A stretch of 64,000 nucleotides of DNA from a virus, in the IMG/VR virus record IMGVR_UViG_2713897041_000002, positions 5,992 to 69,991 of that record; one strand, written 5' to 3'. The notes beneath the pieces were generated by a model, which was not told the origin of the DNA, searched no databases, and saw only the letters and a list, made by a program, of their open reading frames with translations. The position numbers and the translations under genes were made by a program. Numbering within the stretch: position 1 is the stretch's first letter; every line of letters starts with the position of its first letter. Shown here in pieces: positions 19,601 through 28,636 of this stretch.

Positions 19601-19992
19601 CCGAAGCGCACGCGCACCGCAGTCAGTTGCGTATTCTGGATTTGGCGCACCCACGGCGCGTCGGACGTCAGCGGCACGCCGACGCCGGCCTCACGCTCGA
19701 CGGCCGGAAAACCCGGGATGTAGTCCTGATCCTGCGTGCCGGTTCGCGCGTCGACGGTGTAGTTCTGGAAATTCAGCGAGCCGTCCGCGTTCTGGATCGG
19801 CGTGCCGTCGAGATAGACCGACTGCAGGCCATTCACCAGCCCCACGATGGGCCCCGCCGAGATCACGTCGAGCACCTTCGCGCGCGCAATCGAATGCAGG
19901 CTGTCGGGCGATTCACTGCTGCCACCGCCACCACCACCTCCCTTGGCGCCGTAGATGCGCTTCACCCCGCCTTCAGCATGGACCTTCTTCAA
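16687..19992 (-). CDS. Host specificity / central tail fibre protein (lambda gpJ family)
   Basis: N-terminus ...SIARAKVLDVISAGPIVGLVNGLQSVYLDGTPIQNADGS aligns to lambda J (LLSVIDAISEGPIEGPVDGLKSVLLNSTPV). Fibronectin-III-like middle, ~1100 aa. The start is taken as the TTG at 19992, overlapping the gpI stop (TTTGAAG); the track's upstream extension overlaps gpI. Confidence 0.9.
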   Translation of the reverse strand: MKKVHAEGGVKRIYGAKGGGGGGGSSESPDSLHSIARAKVLDVISAGPIVGLVNGLQSVYLDGTPIQNADGSLNFQNYTVDARTGTQDQDYIPGFPAVEREAGVGVPLTSDAPWVRQIQNTQLTAVRVRFGVPALQRQDTSNGNITGYRVDYAIDLSVDGGSYAQVLAGAFDGKTTSLYERSHRIELPRAKNGWLIRVRRITPNAHTATIADAINIEAITEIIDRKLRYPMTALVGMTFDARSFSSVPVRSYHVRGMIFRVPTNYDPETRTYSGTWDGTFKAAWTNNPAWVYYGLLLDKLNGLGDRVDASMVDKWALYAIARYCDELVSDGKGGKEPRFTCNCVLQTRADAFKVVQDLASVFRGISYWGAGSVVASADMPSDPVYLYTAANVVGGSFKYVGSERKTRYTVALVSYNDPTNQYKQAVEPVQDDDGIARYGVIKTEVTAFGCTSQAQAHRLGRWLLLTSRYETGTVSFQVGLDGTLCAPGQVIAVADPKKAGRRIGGRIRAAAGERITLDKAPTIAAGDRFTAILPSGIAQARAVKSVDGDTVTLAERFDADPVPGAVWMIESRELAAQQYRVVSVQESDDDGQIVYTINATQYEPGKYAAIDDGAQIQQRPITIVPPSVQPPPSNVRLSTYSVVDQGISKTTMVIAWDAANHATSYVVEWRKDNGEWVKVPSTGGLQVEVPGIYQGKYLARVRAENALGVTSIPAYGVDTQLTGKTTPPPSVVSLTAAGIVYGIDLKWAFPGDGSAGDTQRTEIWYSRTPNRDDATKFSDFAYPQASTSYQGLAVGQVFYFWARLVDTSGNVGPWFPAKGPGVQGQPSTDQSDYEKYFAGQIGKSALGTELRAPIDLITPPMAGDATIYAGDERLNAGVWSLQAAIAEGDMAVAKKVETVAAQLHSGSNLLNAAVQKETIARVEADRAMAQDITTVQAKVNDNAAAVQTVAQSYADLNGRVAASYQIKVQTTVDGRKYMASIGVGMDNDNGIVESQVLVSAKRFAVIDEDGAGVIGAPFVVQGGQVFLRQALIGAGWITNAMIGNYIQSDNYIAGRQGWRLDKTGWFEINAADGSGNRLVMDGSSVRVYDGNGVLRVRMGMW

Positions 19993-20555
19993 ACCTGATC
20001 CTCCGCATAGATTCCCGAACTGACCACCTTCGAGCCGACGACCATTTCGCCGATGACGAGCGGCACCGGCTCGCCCTGCGCAGCGCTGTTCACGGGTCCG
20101 TTGAAGTAGTACGACGTGCCGTTGTTCGCCGTCCCCGCGAGGCCGGCCTGTTGCGGACTGAGCATCTGCACGATGCCGCCCAGCGCCATCGACGCGCCGA
20201 GCCCCATCAGCGATGTGCCCCACGGCTGCGCGAAACCGAACGTCGCCACCGCGCCAACGGCAACGAGTGCGGCGCCGAGAATCGTGTTGAAGAGCCCGCC
20301 GCGCTTACTGCCGACGATTACCGGCGCAATGCGGATCTCGTCGCGCCCGACCGGATGCTCGAGCTCGTCCTCGTCGAGATTGCGCCGGCCGTTGAACACG
20401 GCGAACGTGAGGCCGGCGTCGCGCGCCGACGTCAGGAACGCACGAAAGCCGGGAATCAGCACCGATAGCGCGCGCACCGCCTCTGCGGTCGACGAGACGG
20501 CAAGGCGGTGAATGCGTCCGAAACGCACGCCGAGCGTGCCGTACAGCCTTATCAT
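19989..20555 (-). CDS. Tail assembly protein I (lambda gpI family)
   Basis: MIRLYGTLGVRFGRIHRL...AEAVRAL...GASMALGGIVQMLSP...VPLVIGEMVVGSKVVS is alignable to lambda I (ICLYGDLQRFGRRIDL...GASMVLGGVAQMLAP...VLPVLYGEMRVGSRVVS). Confidence 0.8.
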   Translation of the reverse strand: MIRLYGTLGVRFGRIHRLAVSSTAEAVRALSVLIPGFRAFLTSARDAGLTFAVFNGRRNLDEDELEHPVGRDEIRIAPVIVGSKRGGLFNTILGAALVAVGAVATFGFAQPWGTSLMGLGASMALGGIVQMLSPQQAGLAGTANNGTSYYFNGPVNSAAQGEPVPLVIGEMVVGSKVVSSGIYAEDQV

Positions 20556-20569
20556 GCGAAGCGTCTCGC

Positions 20570-21322
20570 TCACTTCCTGTCTCCCACGTAGCGCAGCACC
20601 GTCGTGCAGCTGTCGGCCCACATTCCGCCCCACACCGCGCGCGTCGACAGACGCCCGTGCATGTGGTGCAGGAATTGCCCGTCACCGAGATACACGCCCG
20701 CGTGATTCGGCACACCGTTCTTGCTGCGGATCTGCATCAGCAGCACGTCGCCGACCTGCAACGTCACGTCGCGGCCGACGTCGAGAAAGCCAGCGTCCTG
20801 ATAGTGGTTGAGGTAGAGATTCGATCGGCCATCGTTCCACCACTCGTCCTCGCGCTCGAAGTCGGGTAGCGCGACGCCGCGCTCGGCGAGATACCAGTCG
20901 CGCACGATCGCGTAGCAGTCGTGCACGCCATGGACGAACTGGCGGCCGACTAGTCGCGCGACGTAGCCTCCCGGCTCGAATTCGCACCAGTCGTCGATGC
21001 CGATCGAGCCATCGGCCTGCACGCCGAGCGACACGATCACCCATTTCGCGATGCCGCTGCGCCCGCACATCGTGCGGTCCTCGTCGGTCGGCTGTGCCGA
21101 TGCGCCGGGATGCGAATGAACGAGAGCGACAATCTCGCCCATGTCTTCGGCCGCTGCGTAGTCCTCCGCTGCGAGCGCGAACTGGTCGGTTGGTGCGGCC
21201 GCGAGGTTGCGGCAGCGCACGTATATCTCGCCGCTCTCGGTCTTCACAACGAGCCCGCAGCACTCGCGCGGGTACTCGGCCAGCGCGTGCGCCGCGATAG
21301 CGTTCTTGATCTGTTCGTCCAT
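20570..21322 (-). CDS. Tail assembly protein K (lambda gpK; JAB/MPN + NlpC/P60)
   Basis: ECCGLVV...HSHPGASAQPTDEDR is a JAB metalloprotease motif, and the C-terminal NlpC/P60-like domain has a Cys-His pair. It sits between L and I as in lambda. Confidence 0.8.
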   Translation of the reverse strand: MDEQIKNAIAAHALAEYPRECCGLVVKTESGEIYVRCRNLAAAPTDQFALAAEDYAAAEDMGEIVALVHSHPGASAQPTDEDRTMCGRSGIAKWVIVSLGVQADGSIGIDDWCEFEPGGYVARLVGRQFVHGVHDCYAIVRDWYLAERGVALPDFEREDEWWNDGRSNLYLNHYQDAGFLDVGRDVTLQVGDVLLMQIRSKNGVPNHAGVYLGDGQFLHHMHGRLSTRAVWGGMWADSCTTVLRYVGDRK

Positions 21323-21371
21323 AAAAAAACCCGCCGTGTGGCGGGTCCTCATATCGAAATTGGTTCGTGCG

Positions 21372-22064
21372 TCAGGCCATCGTGTCGCACAGGAAGCCGT
21401 CGAACGGCAATGGGTTGTTCACACCGAATCGACGTTCGCAACCGCTGATCTTCTTGCTGCATCGATCGAGCGCGGGATCGCTTACCGGGTTGTCGTCCTT
21501 GTCGAAACACGCCGCACCGATATAGCCGCACTCGGGACCGCGATACCCCAATTGGCAGATCGAAATGATCTGCCGCTTCGGCAGTTGCTGGCCGCCAAAG
21601 TCGAGCGGCGACGACAGCGTGAATTCGACGTGCAATCCCGGCTGCTCGTCGCTCTTCTGCTCGATCCGCCACTGCTGCGGCGGCAATTCTTCGTTCGGGT
21701 CCGCCGTCGGATTGCCGGCCGGAAAGTTCACGGCGTCGAGGTAGCGCGCGAGTGTCCGGCGCCGGAACACCTTCGCGCCGACGAGATCACCAAGCGCAAC
21801 GCACAGCGCCGAAATCGTTCCGTTGATGTCACCCACCCGCAGCGTCGGCGATGGCTGCTGCGCGTCGGATGTCTGCTCGAAGCCGGTGGCCTGAATCGGC
21901 CACGACCTGTACTCGCGCCCCTGCCATACGATCGACGTCGACTGAAGATGCCGATGAAAGCGCAGCACGTCGGCGCCGATTTCCGTACAGTCGACTTCGA
22001 AAAACTCAATCAGACGGCCCGGCTCCAGCTGCTGGACGTCTGCCGTTACACTCACTTCGCCGCC
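21372..22064 (-). CDS. Minor tail protein L (lambda gpL family)
   Basis: WQGREYRSWPIQATGFE...RYLDAVNFPAGNPTADPNEE...WRIEQKSDE...CDRCSKKISGCERRFG aligns to lambda L (WQGRQYQPYPIQGSGFE...RFLDAVNF...). Start is the GTG at 22064, preceded by GGAGGCGGCGAA and overlapping the upstream stop (GTGA). Confidence 0.8.
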   Translation of the reverse strand, partial: GGEVSVTADVQQLEPGRLIEFFEVDCTEIGADVLRFHRHLQSTSIVWQGREYRSWPIQATGFEQTSDAQQPSPTLRVGDINGTISALCVALGDLVGAKVFRRRTLARYLDAVNFPAGNPTADPNEELPPQQWRIEQKSDEQPGLHVEFTLSSPLDFGGQQLPKRQIISICQLGYRGPECGYIGAACFDKDDNPVSDPALDRCSKKISGCERRFGVNNPLPFDGFLCDTMA

Positions 22065-23440
22065 TCCAATTCCGCAATCCGCCTGAGCGCGTCCTGTAAC
22101 GCCGCATCCGTCTCGAGCAAGCCGGCCAACAGCACGCCGACGGCATTCGTGTAACGGAAGGTCAGCGACGGCCGCCCCTTCGACGGCCCGCTCTCGCCGA
22201 AAATTTCCTTGCCTCTCTCGTCGTACTGACGCACGATGAAATCGCCGTCCTCGTCGATCTCGGGCCCCTCGCCGAGCAGTTCCGGGAAATCCCACCACTC
22301 GTTTGCGATGACGCCAGCCTGTCGCCCCGCTTCCGGACTGCTTTTTTGCAGAAACGTCACGCCCCGCTTACCGCGCAGCCGTGCCATTACGTTCTCAAGC
22401 GTCTGGATATCGGATTTGAAAGCACGATCGGACGCCTGATTGAAATTCGAAGCGGTCAACACCCCGAACGTTGTAGCGTTGTAGTTGACGCACTGCAATT
22501 CGGCGACCGAGGTGTTGCTGGAAATCCGAAACTGCGCGCCAACTGTGTTGTTCAACCCGGAGAATCCAAGATAGCTGAGGCCGCCCATCCCGTTCAGGTA
22601 TAGCGACGCTTGCGTATGAAGCCCGGTGGCACCGACGGCGATTTCCTGCGCCTGCGTAAACGTCTTCTTCGTCCCGACGTACTGCGGTGTGTCAAGCGTC
22701 ATCGGTTGTGCAAGGTTACCGCTGTGCCAGAGATAGCCGAGGTATTTTCCGTCGACCGTCGCCCCGAGCTGGCCAGCCGTCTTCTTCCCCCAGTCGAATC
22801 GAAGAGCGTTCCCCTTGTCGCACACTGCGACTACCTCGTCGTTGACACGAAACGTATGGTCGCTGAGTAGGTATTGGTACGATCCTCCGGCGTCTAAAGA
22901 CCACCACCCCACCGACCCGCTATTTCCGTAGAAATAGCCGGGCATCTTGCCAAGCACAAGGTGGCCTTCGTCGCTTTGAACCGCCGCAGACAGATCGCCG
23001 CCCACCGTCAGCTTGCCGCCGACAACCTCGTCCCACATCATTCGACCGCGCTCGGCGACGTGCCAGTTCTTCACACCGTCCGACACGTACTTCACCCAGT
23101 CGCCGGCATTCAGCACGTTCAGTTGAGACAGGTCGCCGGCTTGAAAACTGATCACGACCCTTCCCTGAACGTTGAACAAGTGAATACAGGAATTTGGCGG
23201 CACGGACGACGCGAGCGGAAACCCGACTTCCTTTCCCGGCTCGGCCATCCAAATCCCGAACCGCTTTCCGATATCGTCCGGCGTCAGGTTCGTACTATCG
23301 TTGAGATACCTGAGATCGAGCGGAGTCGAACGTTCGACTACACCGAAATTCTCGTTCGTCTTGATGTGCGCGACGCGGTTGTTGTCGCCGCCACTTCCGC
23401 TGGGTGGCTCGCCCAAGACGATTTTTTGAAGTATCGACAT
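22052..23440 (-). CDS. Tail fibre/spike protein with C-terminal S74 intramolecular-chaperone peptidase domain
   Basis: C-terminal SDRAFKSDIQTLENVMARLRGKRGVTFLQK is the hallmark of the endosialidase-type auto-cleaving chaperone (S74). Gly/Asn-rich beta-helix-like body. It is inserted between gpM and gpL. Confidence 0.7.
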   Translation of the reverse strand: MSILQKIVLGEPPSGSGGDNNRVAHIKTNENFGVVERSTPLDLRYLNDSTNLTPDDIGKRFGIWMAEPGKEVGFPLASSVPPNSCIHLFNVQGRVVISFQAGDLSQLNVLNAGDWVKYVSDGVKNWHVAERGRMMWDEVVGGKLTVGGDLSAAVQSDEGHLVLGKMPGYFYGNSGSVGWWSLDAGGSYQYLLSDHTFRVNDEVVAVCDKGNALRFDWGKKTAGQLGATVDGKYLGYLWHSGNLAQPMTLDTPQYVGTKKTFTQAQEIAVGATGLHTQASLYLNGMGGLSYLGFSGLNNTVGAQFRISSNTSVAELQCVNYNATTFGVLTASNFNQASDRAFKSDIQTLENVMARLRGKRGVTFLQKSSPEAGRQAGVIANEWWDFPELLGEGPEIDEDGDFIVRQYDERGKEIFGESGPSKGRPSLTFRYTNAVGVLLAGLLETDAALQDALRRIAELEAAK

Positions 23441-23448
23441 CTGAACTC

Positions 23449-23787
23449 CTATACAGAGAACGTCTCTTCGAACTGCGCCGTCATCGTGTAGACGGCGCCG
23501 TTCTTGATCGGCTCGGAGTACTTTTCGCAGACGAAGAGTCCGCGGGCGCGAAGCGGCGGCGTCCAGTAGAACGACTCCGCGCCCGCATGCCGATCGAGGA
23601 AATCGATGATCGCGGCAACCTTCGCCGCGTTACCGACAAACCGCAGATTGAATGTCGATTCGCGATTATTCAGGCCGTCCGCGGCCCGCTGGGTGTAGCC
23701 GTCGCCGAACTGGGCTTTGCGCACACGCAGAATCGTATCGCCGCCGTGCCCTTGTACCGTCGACGGCCATTCAAATGTGTCTTTCAT
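23449..23787 (-). CDS. Minor tail protein M (lambda gpM family)
   Basis: RVRKAQFGDGYTQRAADGLN...FYWTPP aligns to lambda M (VRKVRFGDGYSQRAPAGLN...FLWTPP). Start MKDTFEW overlaps the tape-measure end. Confidence 0.75.
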   Translation of the reverse strand: MKDTFEWPSTVQGHGGDTILRVRKAQFGDGYTQRAADGLNNRESTFNLRFVGNAAKVAAIIDFLDRHAGAESFYWTPPLRARGLFVCEKYSEPIKNGAVYTMTAQFEETFSV

Positions 23788-26700
23788 CCTGCAATCCCGT
23801 TTTGCGCTCTCCACAAGGTTCCGCCCTGCCGGCGTTCACGTTGTATGAGCTCGCGTATCATCTGTTCCAGCATCTTTCGGAACTCCCCAACCGCGATCAG
23901 GCTCGCGGGGTTCGACGATCCGCCCTCGATCGAAACTGGCGCGCTGACCGAGATCCCGCCGTTGCGCGCCGGCGAATCCCCTCCTCCCGCGCTCCCGCCA
24001 ACGAGCCCACCCGCGGCGAATCGCGCGAAGCCGGATCGCCCCGCTGCGTTCAATCGCTCAAGGTGTGCGCGCACGCCCGGCTGCGACACCACTGCGGCGC
24101 GGACCACGAACTCGCCGTTCGAAAGCTGCGCCGGGATGCTGTCGCTCGTGGACGTGCCCGGTCCCCACACTGCCCCGCCCGTCGCGAGATGAAAGCCATA
24201 GGCATTCGAGCCGACAGCCGCACTTGCCGCACCACCGAGCGCGCCGACGGCATCAGAGACACCGCCGAATCCCAAAGCGGAGCCGATCGCTCCGAACACC
24301 TGAGACATCGCCGCGCGCGCCGAAAACCGCGCGAGGTCGGCGATCATGCTGTCGATCAGTCCGCGGAAATTGAGCTTGCCCGACGCCGCGAACGACACGA
24401 GTGCATCCTCGGCATTGCGGAACGAACTCGTCAGCGCCTCCTCGGCCATCTGCGCTGCGTTCTGCGCGGATTCCTGATAGACCGCCATCGCCCGCTTCAC
24501 GCCGACGCGCCAGTCGGCCTGCAACGCGAGCCGCTGCTCGAGATAGCCGCGCTCGCGCGCGACCTGCTCCGCCTCGGCCGTGTTGATGCGCTCGATCTCG
24601 GCGATGTACTCGGGCGAACCCAGCGTGCCGTCTTTTCGCGCGCCCTTCGTCAGTTCGTCCCGTCGACGGCGAAACTCGTCGCTCACGCGATTGATGGCCT
24701 GATTCAGCTCGCGCGCGTTGTCACCCATCGACATCGCCCCGAGTTCGCGCTGCACGTCACGCTGACGCTCGGCCGCGTAGTCGCCGAGCTCCGCGTCGAT
24801 CTGCGCACTGCGCTCCTTCAGCCTGTTGATCGCGTCGCGATAGCGCACCTCCTTTTCCAGTTGCGACGCTTGCTCGTACATCCCGCGAATCGCCTGCTGA
24901 TCGCGAAGTAGGCTCTTGTCGTCGTCCGACAGCTTCTTGCGCTTGCTGCGCAGATCCGTCACCTTTTGATCGAACGCGAGGAGATCCTTTTGCGACTGCG
25001 TCAGCTTGTCGGTTGCGACCGCCTCGACGCGCAGTTGCGCGATCCGCTGCCGGATGTTGTCGAGCATGCGCTCGCTTTCCAGCGAATGAACACCGCCCCC
25101 CTTCGCCGCGCGAGCCGCTGCCGCGTTGGTCGACACACGTGCTGTCTGTGCAGCGGCAGAGGCGACCGTCTCGTCGAAGGCTTGCTTTCCGCGCGCGGCG
25201 GCCGCGGCGCGAGCTGCGTCAGCATTGAAGCCGAATTTCTCGAACTTCTTGCTCGACAGATCGGCTTGGAACTCCTCAAGCGCCTTCGCGACCACCATCT
25301 GCTGATTCATCAGCGCGAGCTCGCGCGTCAGATTGTCGATGTTGGTTCGCGCCCCCGCTGCGGCTTTCGCATCCTTGTCGGCAATCGCTTTTTCGAGCGA
25401 CTTGTATGCGTCCGCTCGTCCGGCGACGAGACCGGCCATGCGGGCCTGCGCATCATTCGCGCCCTTCGTCCGCGCTTCGTACTCGGCCTTCTGGCGGGCC
25501 GTCATACCGATGACGTCGGATTCTTCCCTGAGCTTGTGGACATATTTCTCCCACGCCTCCGATGCCATTCCGCCGGCGAAGAAGTTGTTCGCGTCAGAAA
25601 GCAGCCGAACGCCCTCGGCGGCCCCCCTTGCCGCAGCATCCATTGCAGCGAGTGCCTGTGCGCCTTTCTGCGAAGCGAGGCCCGCCGTGTCGATCGCGCC
25701 CGCGGCGCGCACCAGTTCCTCGCGCAGCGCTTCGCCGCCGCTCGTCGCCGACACGAAGCGGTCAATCAGTCGCCCGATCTCGCGCGATTTCTCGTCGACG
25801 CCGAGGTTCGACGTCTTGAGGCGATCCAGGCCGGCGAGGAATCGATCGAGCGCTGCCTGATCGGCATCCGAGACCACCGACGGCGCATCGCCAAACGTCG
25901 GCACCATGACACTTTGCGCCGCCCGCGTCGCCAAACTCCGATATGCCGACTGCGCGTCATCGGCCGCCCGCGACGCCTCTTGCTTCGTGCGCAGCCGCTC
26001 AGATTCCTGTAACAGCGGCGTCAGTTGCCGATATTTGTCGATGATCTGATCGAGCGGCGCCTGCATGTCGATCAGACTCGACGTCGCGCTGCTCGCGTTG
26101 TCGCGAAACAGCAGCCAGTTCGCGGCAGCCCCAAGCGCCACCGTGCCCACGGTCGCCAAAATCCCCGGTAAGCCGCCAACCGCCGCCAGCAAGCCGGAAC
26201 CAACCGAGCGCATCATCGTGCCCGTACGCGCGAGCGCCGTCTGCGCCGTCGCCGCGCTTTCGGTCGCCGTCTTCAGACCCGCCGCGGTCGCGGTCGCCGC
26301 GCGCTCCGCTCGCTCACGAGCCTGCGTGGCAAGCGCGACATCACGCTCGGCTTGCGCAAGGCCGCGGTCCGTCTCGGCCAGCGACGCCGTATAACGCGCT
26401 TTGTCGATCGTGCCTTGCTTCGCTGCCGCCTCAAGCGCCGTACGCCGCTGCTGCGCGAGCGCGAGCGACGCTTCGGCGCGCTCGAGCTCCTGCTGTGCGG
26501 CTGCCGTCTCGCGAGCGATGATCGCCGCGTACGGCGTGCCCGTGATGCGCGCGCCGATTTCCTGACTGCCGGCGACGTTGGCGCGCGCCGTTGCGACGTG
26601 AGCTTGCGCCGTCGCCTCGACCGCCCGCGCTTCGGCAAGCTTCGCTTCCGTGTACTTGATCGAGCCAGCCGTCAATGCCGACTGCATCGCAAGGCTTTCG

Positions 26701-27848
26701 CGCATCGCTCGCATGCCCGCGAGCTCGGCCTGCGCTGAAGCCTCCGCCGCTTGCGCGTTCTGAAGCTTCGCCGCCGCGGCAGCGCGATCGCCCTGCGCTT
26801 TGGCGAGCGCTGCCTGTGCCGCCTCGTGTTGCTTGATCGTCTCCTCGACGAGCGCTCGCCGGGCGCCGACCCACGCTGTCGCCGCCTGCGTCGCCGCGAC
26901 TGCGGATTGCCCAAAGTACACGGCGATCCGCCCAGCCGCGAGCGACACGCCGAGCTTCACGATGCCGTCGAGGTGCTCTGCGACGTACGTGATCCCCTGC
27001 GCGAGCTTTTGGCTCGCGCCGGTCGCGTCGTTCGCCTTCCCGACGTACGCGACGATCTCCGTTTGCAGGCGCGTCATCGCCTGCCCGACGGTCACATTGA
27101 CCTTGCCGAACAGATCGTTCGTGCTCGCCCCGGCACGCGTCAGCGCGTCGATCAAATTTTCGACCGTAAGCTTGCCGTCTTCCGCCAGCGACTTGAGCTG
27201 AGCTGTGCTCGTGCCCATGCCCCGCGCGATCGCATCAGCGACGCCCGGCAGTTCCTCGAGCACGCTCTTCAGATCCTGCCCGCGCAACTGGCCGGCCGCG
27301 AACGCCTGCCCGAGCTGCACGATGCCGAGCCGGGCCGTGTCAGCCGACACGCCGGACAGCGCCACCGCTCTACTGATCGTCTCGACGAGCGGCCCGACCT
27401 GCTTGATGGTCAGCCCGAGATGCGACGTGTTGTTCGCGATCCGCTGATATAGCTCAGCCGTCGCATCGAGCGGTTGACGTGTGTCGCGCGCGATGCGCAG
27501 CACGTCGTTCTGCGCAATCGCAAAATCGATCTGGTCACGCGTGACGATCCGAAGGCGATTGCTCAGGTTCGTCCATTCGTCGGCGTACTCGATCAACTGA
27601 TGCACGCCGAACGCCGCCGCAGCGGCCTGTGCGTACTCGCGGATCGAACTGCGCGCCGCGTCGAGCGCGCGCACCGTGACCTGCACGCTCGCGGCGTTCG
27701 AGGCAAACGCCGCATCCGCAGTGCGCCCGCCGTCGCGCACCGCATTGAAATACGAGCCGGCCGTCGACGAGAGACCGCGCATGCGGCGGTCGTATTCGGT
27801 CGTATTCGCCGTAACGCTGACGATCAGCTCGCGAAGGCTTGTTGCCAT
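23784..27848 (-). CDS. Tail length tape measure protein (lambda gpH-like)
   Basis: 1354 aa, with an extended Ala/Gln/Glu-rich alpha-helical body and a C-terminal Gly-rich region. It lies between GT and M as in lambda. Confidence 0.9.
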   Translation of the reverse strand: MATSLRELIVSVTANTTEYDRRMRGLSSTAGSYFNAVRDGGRTADAAFASNAASVQVTVRALDAARSSIREYAQAAAAAFGVHQLIEYADEWTNLSNRLRIVTRDQIDFAIAQNDVLRIARDTRQPLDATAELYQRIANNTSHLGLTIKQVGPLVETISRAVALSGVSADTARLGIVQLGQAFAAGQLRGQDLKSVLEELPGVADAIARGMGTSTAQLKSLAEDGKLTVENLIDALTRAGASTNDLFGKVNVTVGQAMTRLQTEIVAYVGKANDATGASQKLAQGITYVAEHLDGIVKLGVSLAAGRIAVYFGQSAVAATQAATAWVGARRALVEETIKQHEAAQAALAKAQGDRAAAAAKLQNAQAAEASAQAELAGMRAMRESLAMQSALTAGSIKYTEAKLAEARAVEATAQAHVATARANVAGSQEIGARITGTPYAAIIARETAAAQQELERAEASLALAQQRRTALEAAAKQGTIDKARYTASLAETDRGLAQAERDVALATQARERAERAATATAAGLKTATESAATAQTALARTGTMMRSVGSGLLAAVGGLPGILATVGTVALGAAANWLLFRDNASSATSSLIDMQAPLDQIIDKYRQLTPLLQESERLRTKQEASRAADDAQSAYRSLATRAAQSVMVPTFGDAPSVVSDADQAALDRFLAGLDRLKTSNLGVDEKSREIGRLIDRFVSATSGGEALREELVRAAGAIDTAGLASQKGAQALAAMDAAARGAAEGVRLLSDANNFFAGGMASEAWEKYVHKLREESDVIGMTARQKAEYEARTKGANDAQARMAGLVAGRADAYKSLEKAIADKDAKAAAGARTNIDNLTRELALMNQQMVVAKALEEFQADLSSKKFEKFGFNADAARAAAAARGKQAFDETVASAAAQTARVSTNAAAARAAKGGGVHSLESERMLDNIRQRIAQLRVEAVATDKLTQSQKDLLAFDQKVTDLRSKRKKLSDDDKSLLRDQQAIRGMYEQASQLEKEVRYRDAINRLKERSAQIDAELGDYAAERQRDVQRELGAMSMGDNARELNQAINRVSDEFRRRRDELTKGARKDGTLGSPEYIAEIERINTAEAEQVARERGYLEQRLALQADWRVGVKRAMAVYQESAQNAAQMAEEALTSSFRNAEDALVSFAASGKLNFRGLIDSMIADLARFSARAAMSQVFGAIGSALGFGGVSDAVGALGGAASAAVGSNAYGFHLATGGAVWGPGTSTSDSIPAQLSNGEFVVRAAVVSQPGVRAHLERLNAAGRSGFARFAAGGLVGGSAGGGDSPARNGGISVSAPVSIEGGSSNPASLIAVGEFRKMLEQMIRELIQRERRQGGTLWRAQNGIAG

Positions 27849-27861
27849 AGTGTTTTCTCGC

Positions 27862-28185
27862 CTACTTCGCCATGCGCATCAGGGCGGCTTGAAACGGATC
27901 GCCGCCCCCTTCCTCTCCCTCCGCCGTCGCGGGCTCGCCGGACCATCTTGGCATCATGTCCGACACCTTGACCTTTGCGCCCTGCGACTGAAACGCCGCC
28001 GCCGCGATCATCGCCGCATGCAGATCCGCACGATCATCTGCAACCGGCGATTCCGCGTCGTACCCGATCCAGAGACTCAGCTCGGCGGATGACATCTGCT
28101 CGCACAGCTCGGCCAACGTCTTGCCGAGCCGCAGCGCAAGCGACATCAGGAAGCGGAGGCCTGGGGTTCGGCAGAGGGCTTTTTT
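27862..28185 (-). CDS. T-extension of the GT frameshift product (tail assembly chaperone GT, -1 programmed frameshift)
   Basis: A -1 slip at minus-strand AAAAAAG (+ strand 28179-28185) converts G-frame ...DAKKPSAEPQ into ...AKKALCRTPGLRFLMSLALRLGKTL..., which continues to 27862. The frame relationship (codon starts mod 3 going 2 to 0 on the minus strand) equals -1. Confidence 0.7.
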   Translation of the reverse strand, partial: KKALCRTPGLRFLMSLALRLGKTLAELCEQMSSAELSLWIGYDAESPVADDRADLHAAMIAAAAFQSQGAKVKVSDMMPRWSGEPATAEGEEGGGDPFQAALMRMAK

Positions 28186-28616
28186 GCGTCTTCGACCGGG
28201 TCGACGTCGAGCTTGCCGAATTCGAGCGCCTTCACGACGATGCGGTTGTGCACGGGGCCGAACGCAGCCGCGACCGCGGTTGCATCGTCGTCCGAGAATA
28301 GCCGCCGCCAACCATCCGGCGTTTCACCGAACACGACACGAACGAACAGCCGCGCATTCGCCTGCATGTGCGCGTCGTCGCTCGCGCGCGTGAACTTCTC
28401 GCGAACCGCCGTTTCGTCGTCGCCCTCCGTTACCCCGGCGATGTCCCGAAGCGCTTCGATCCAGAACATGCGATCGCCAACCGTCGGCTCGCGCACGGCG
28501 ATCTTCTCGTCGTTCCACTCCGGCACGGTCATCAGCTCGTGCCGCCAGCCGGTCAGCGGATTGAGCGCAGCTGCGCGCAGATCCGACAGCCCTTGAATTT
28601 CGTTTTCCACGTACAT
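28146..28616 (-). CDS. Tail assembly chaperone G (lambda gpG-like)
   Basis: 156 aa, acidic. It ends ...DPVEDAKKPSAEPQASAS, and the slippery heptanucleotide A-AAA-AAG lies 9 codons before its stop. Confidence 0.75.
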   Translation of the reverse strand: MYVENEIQGLSDLRAAALNPLTGWRHELMTVPEWNDEKIAVREPTVGDRMFWIEALRDIAGVTEGDDETAVREKFTRASDDAHMQANARLFVRVVFGETPDGWRRLFSDDDATAVAAAFGPVHNRIVVKALEFGKLDVDPVEDAKKPSAEPQASAS

Positions 28617-28636
28617 CTCCTATCTGCATTCTGAAA

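Noticed and set aside
24966-27971. Long antisense/alternative-frame ORFs across the tape-measure gene (e.g. 24966-26012 +, 26751-27452 +, 23652-24911 +)
   Set aside because: Arg/Leu-rich with no homology signal. The tape-measure frame is continuous and homologue-like.
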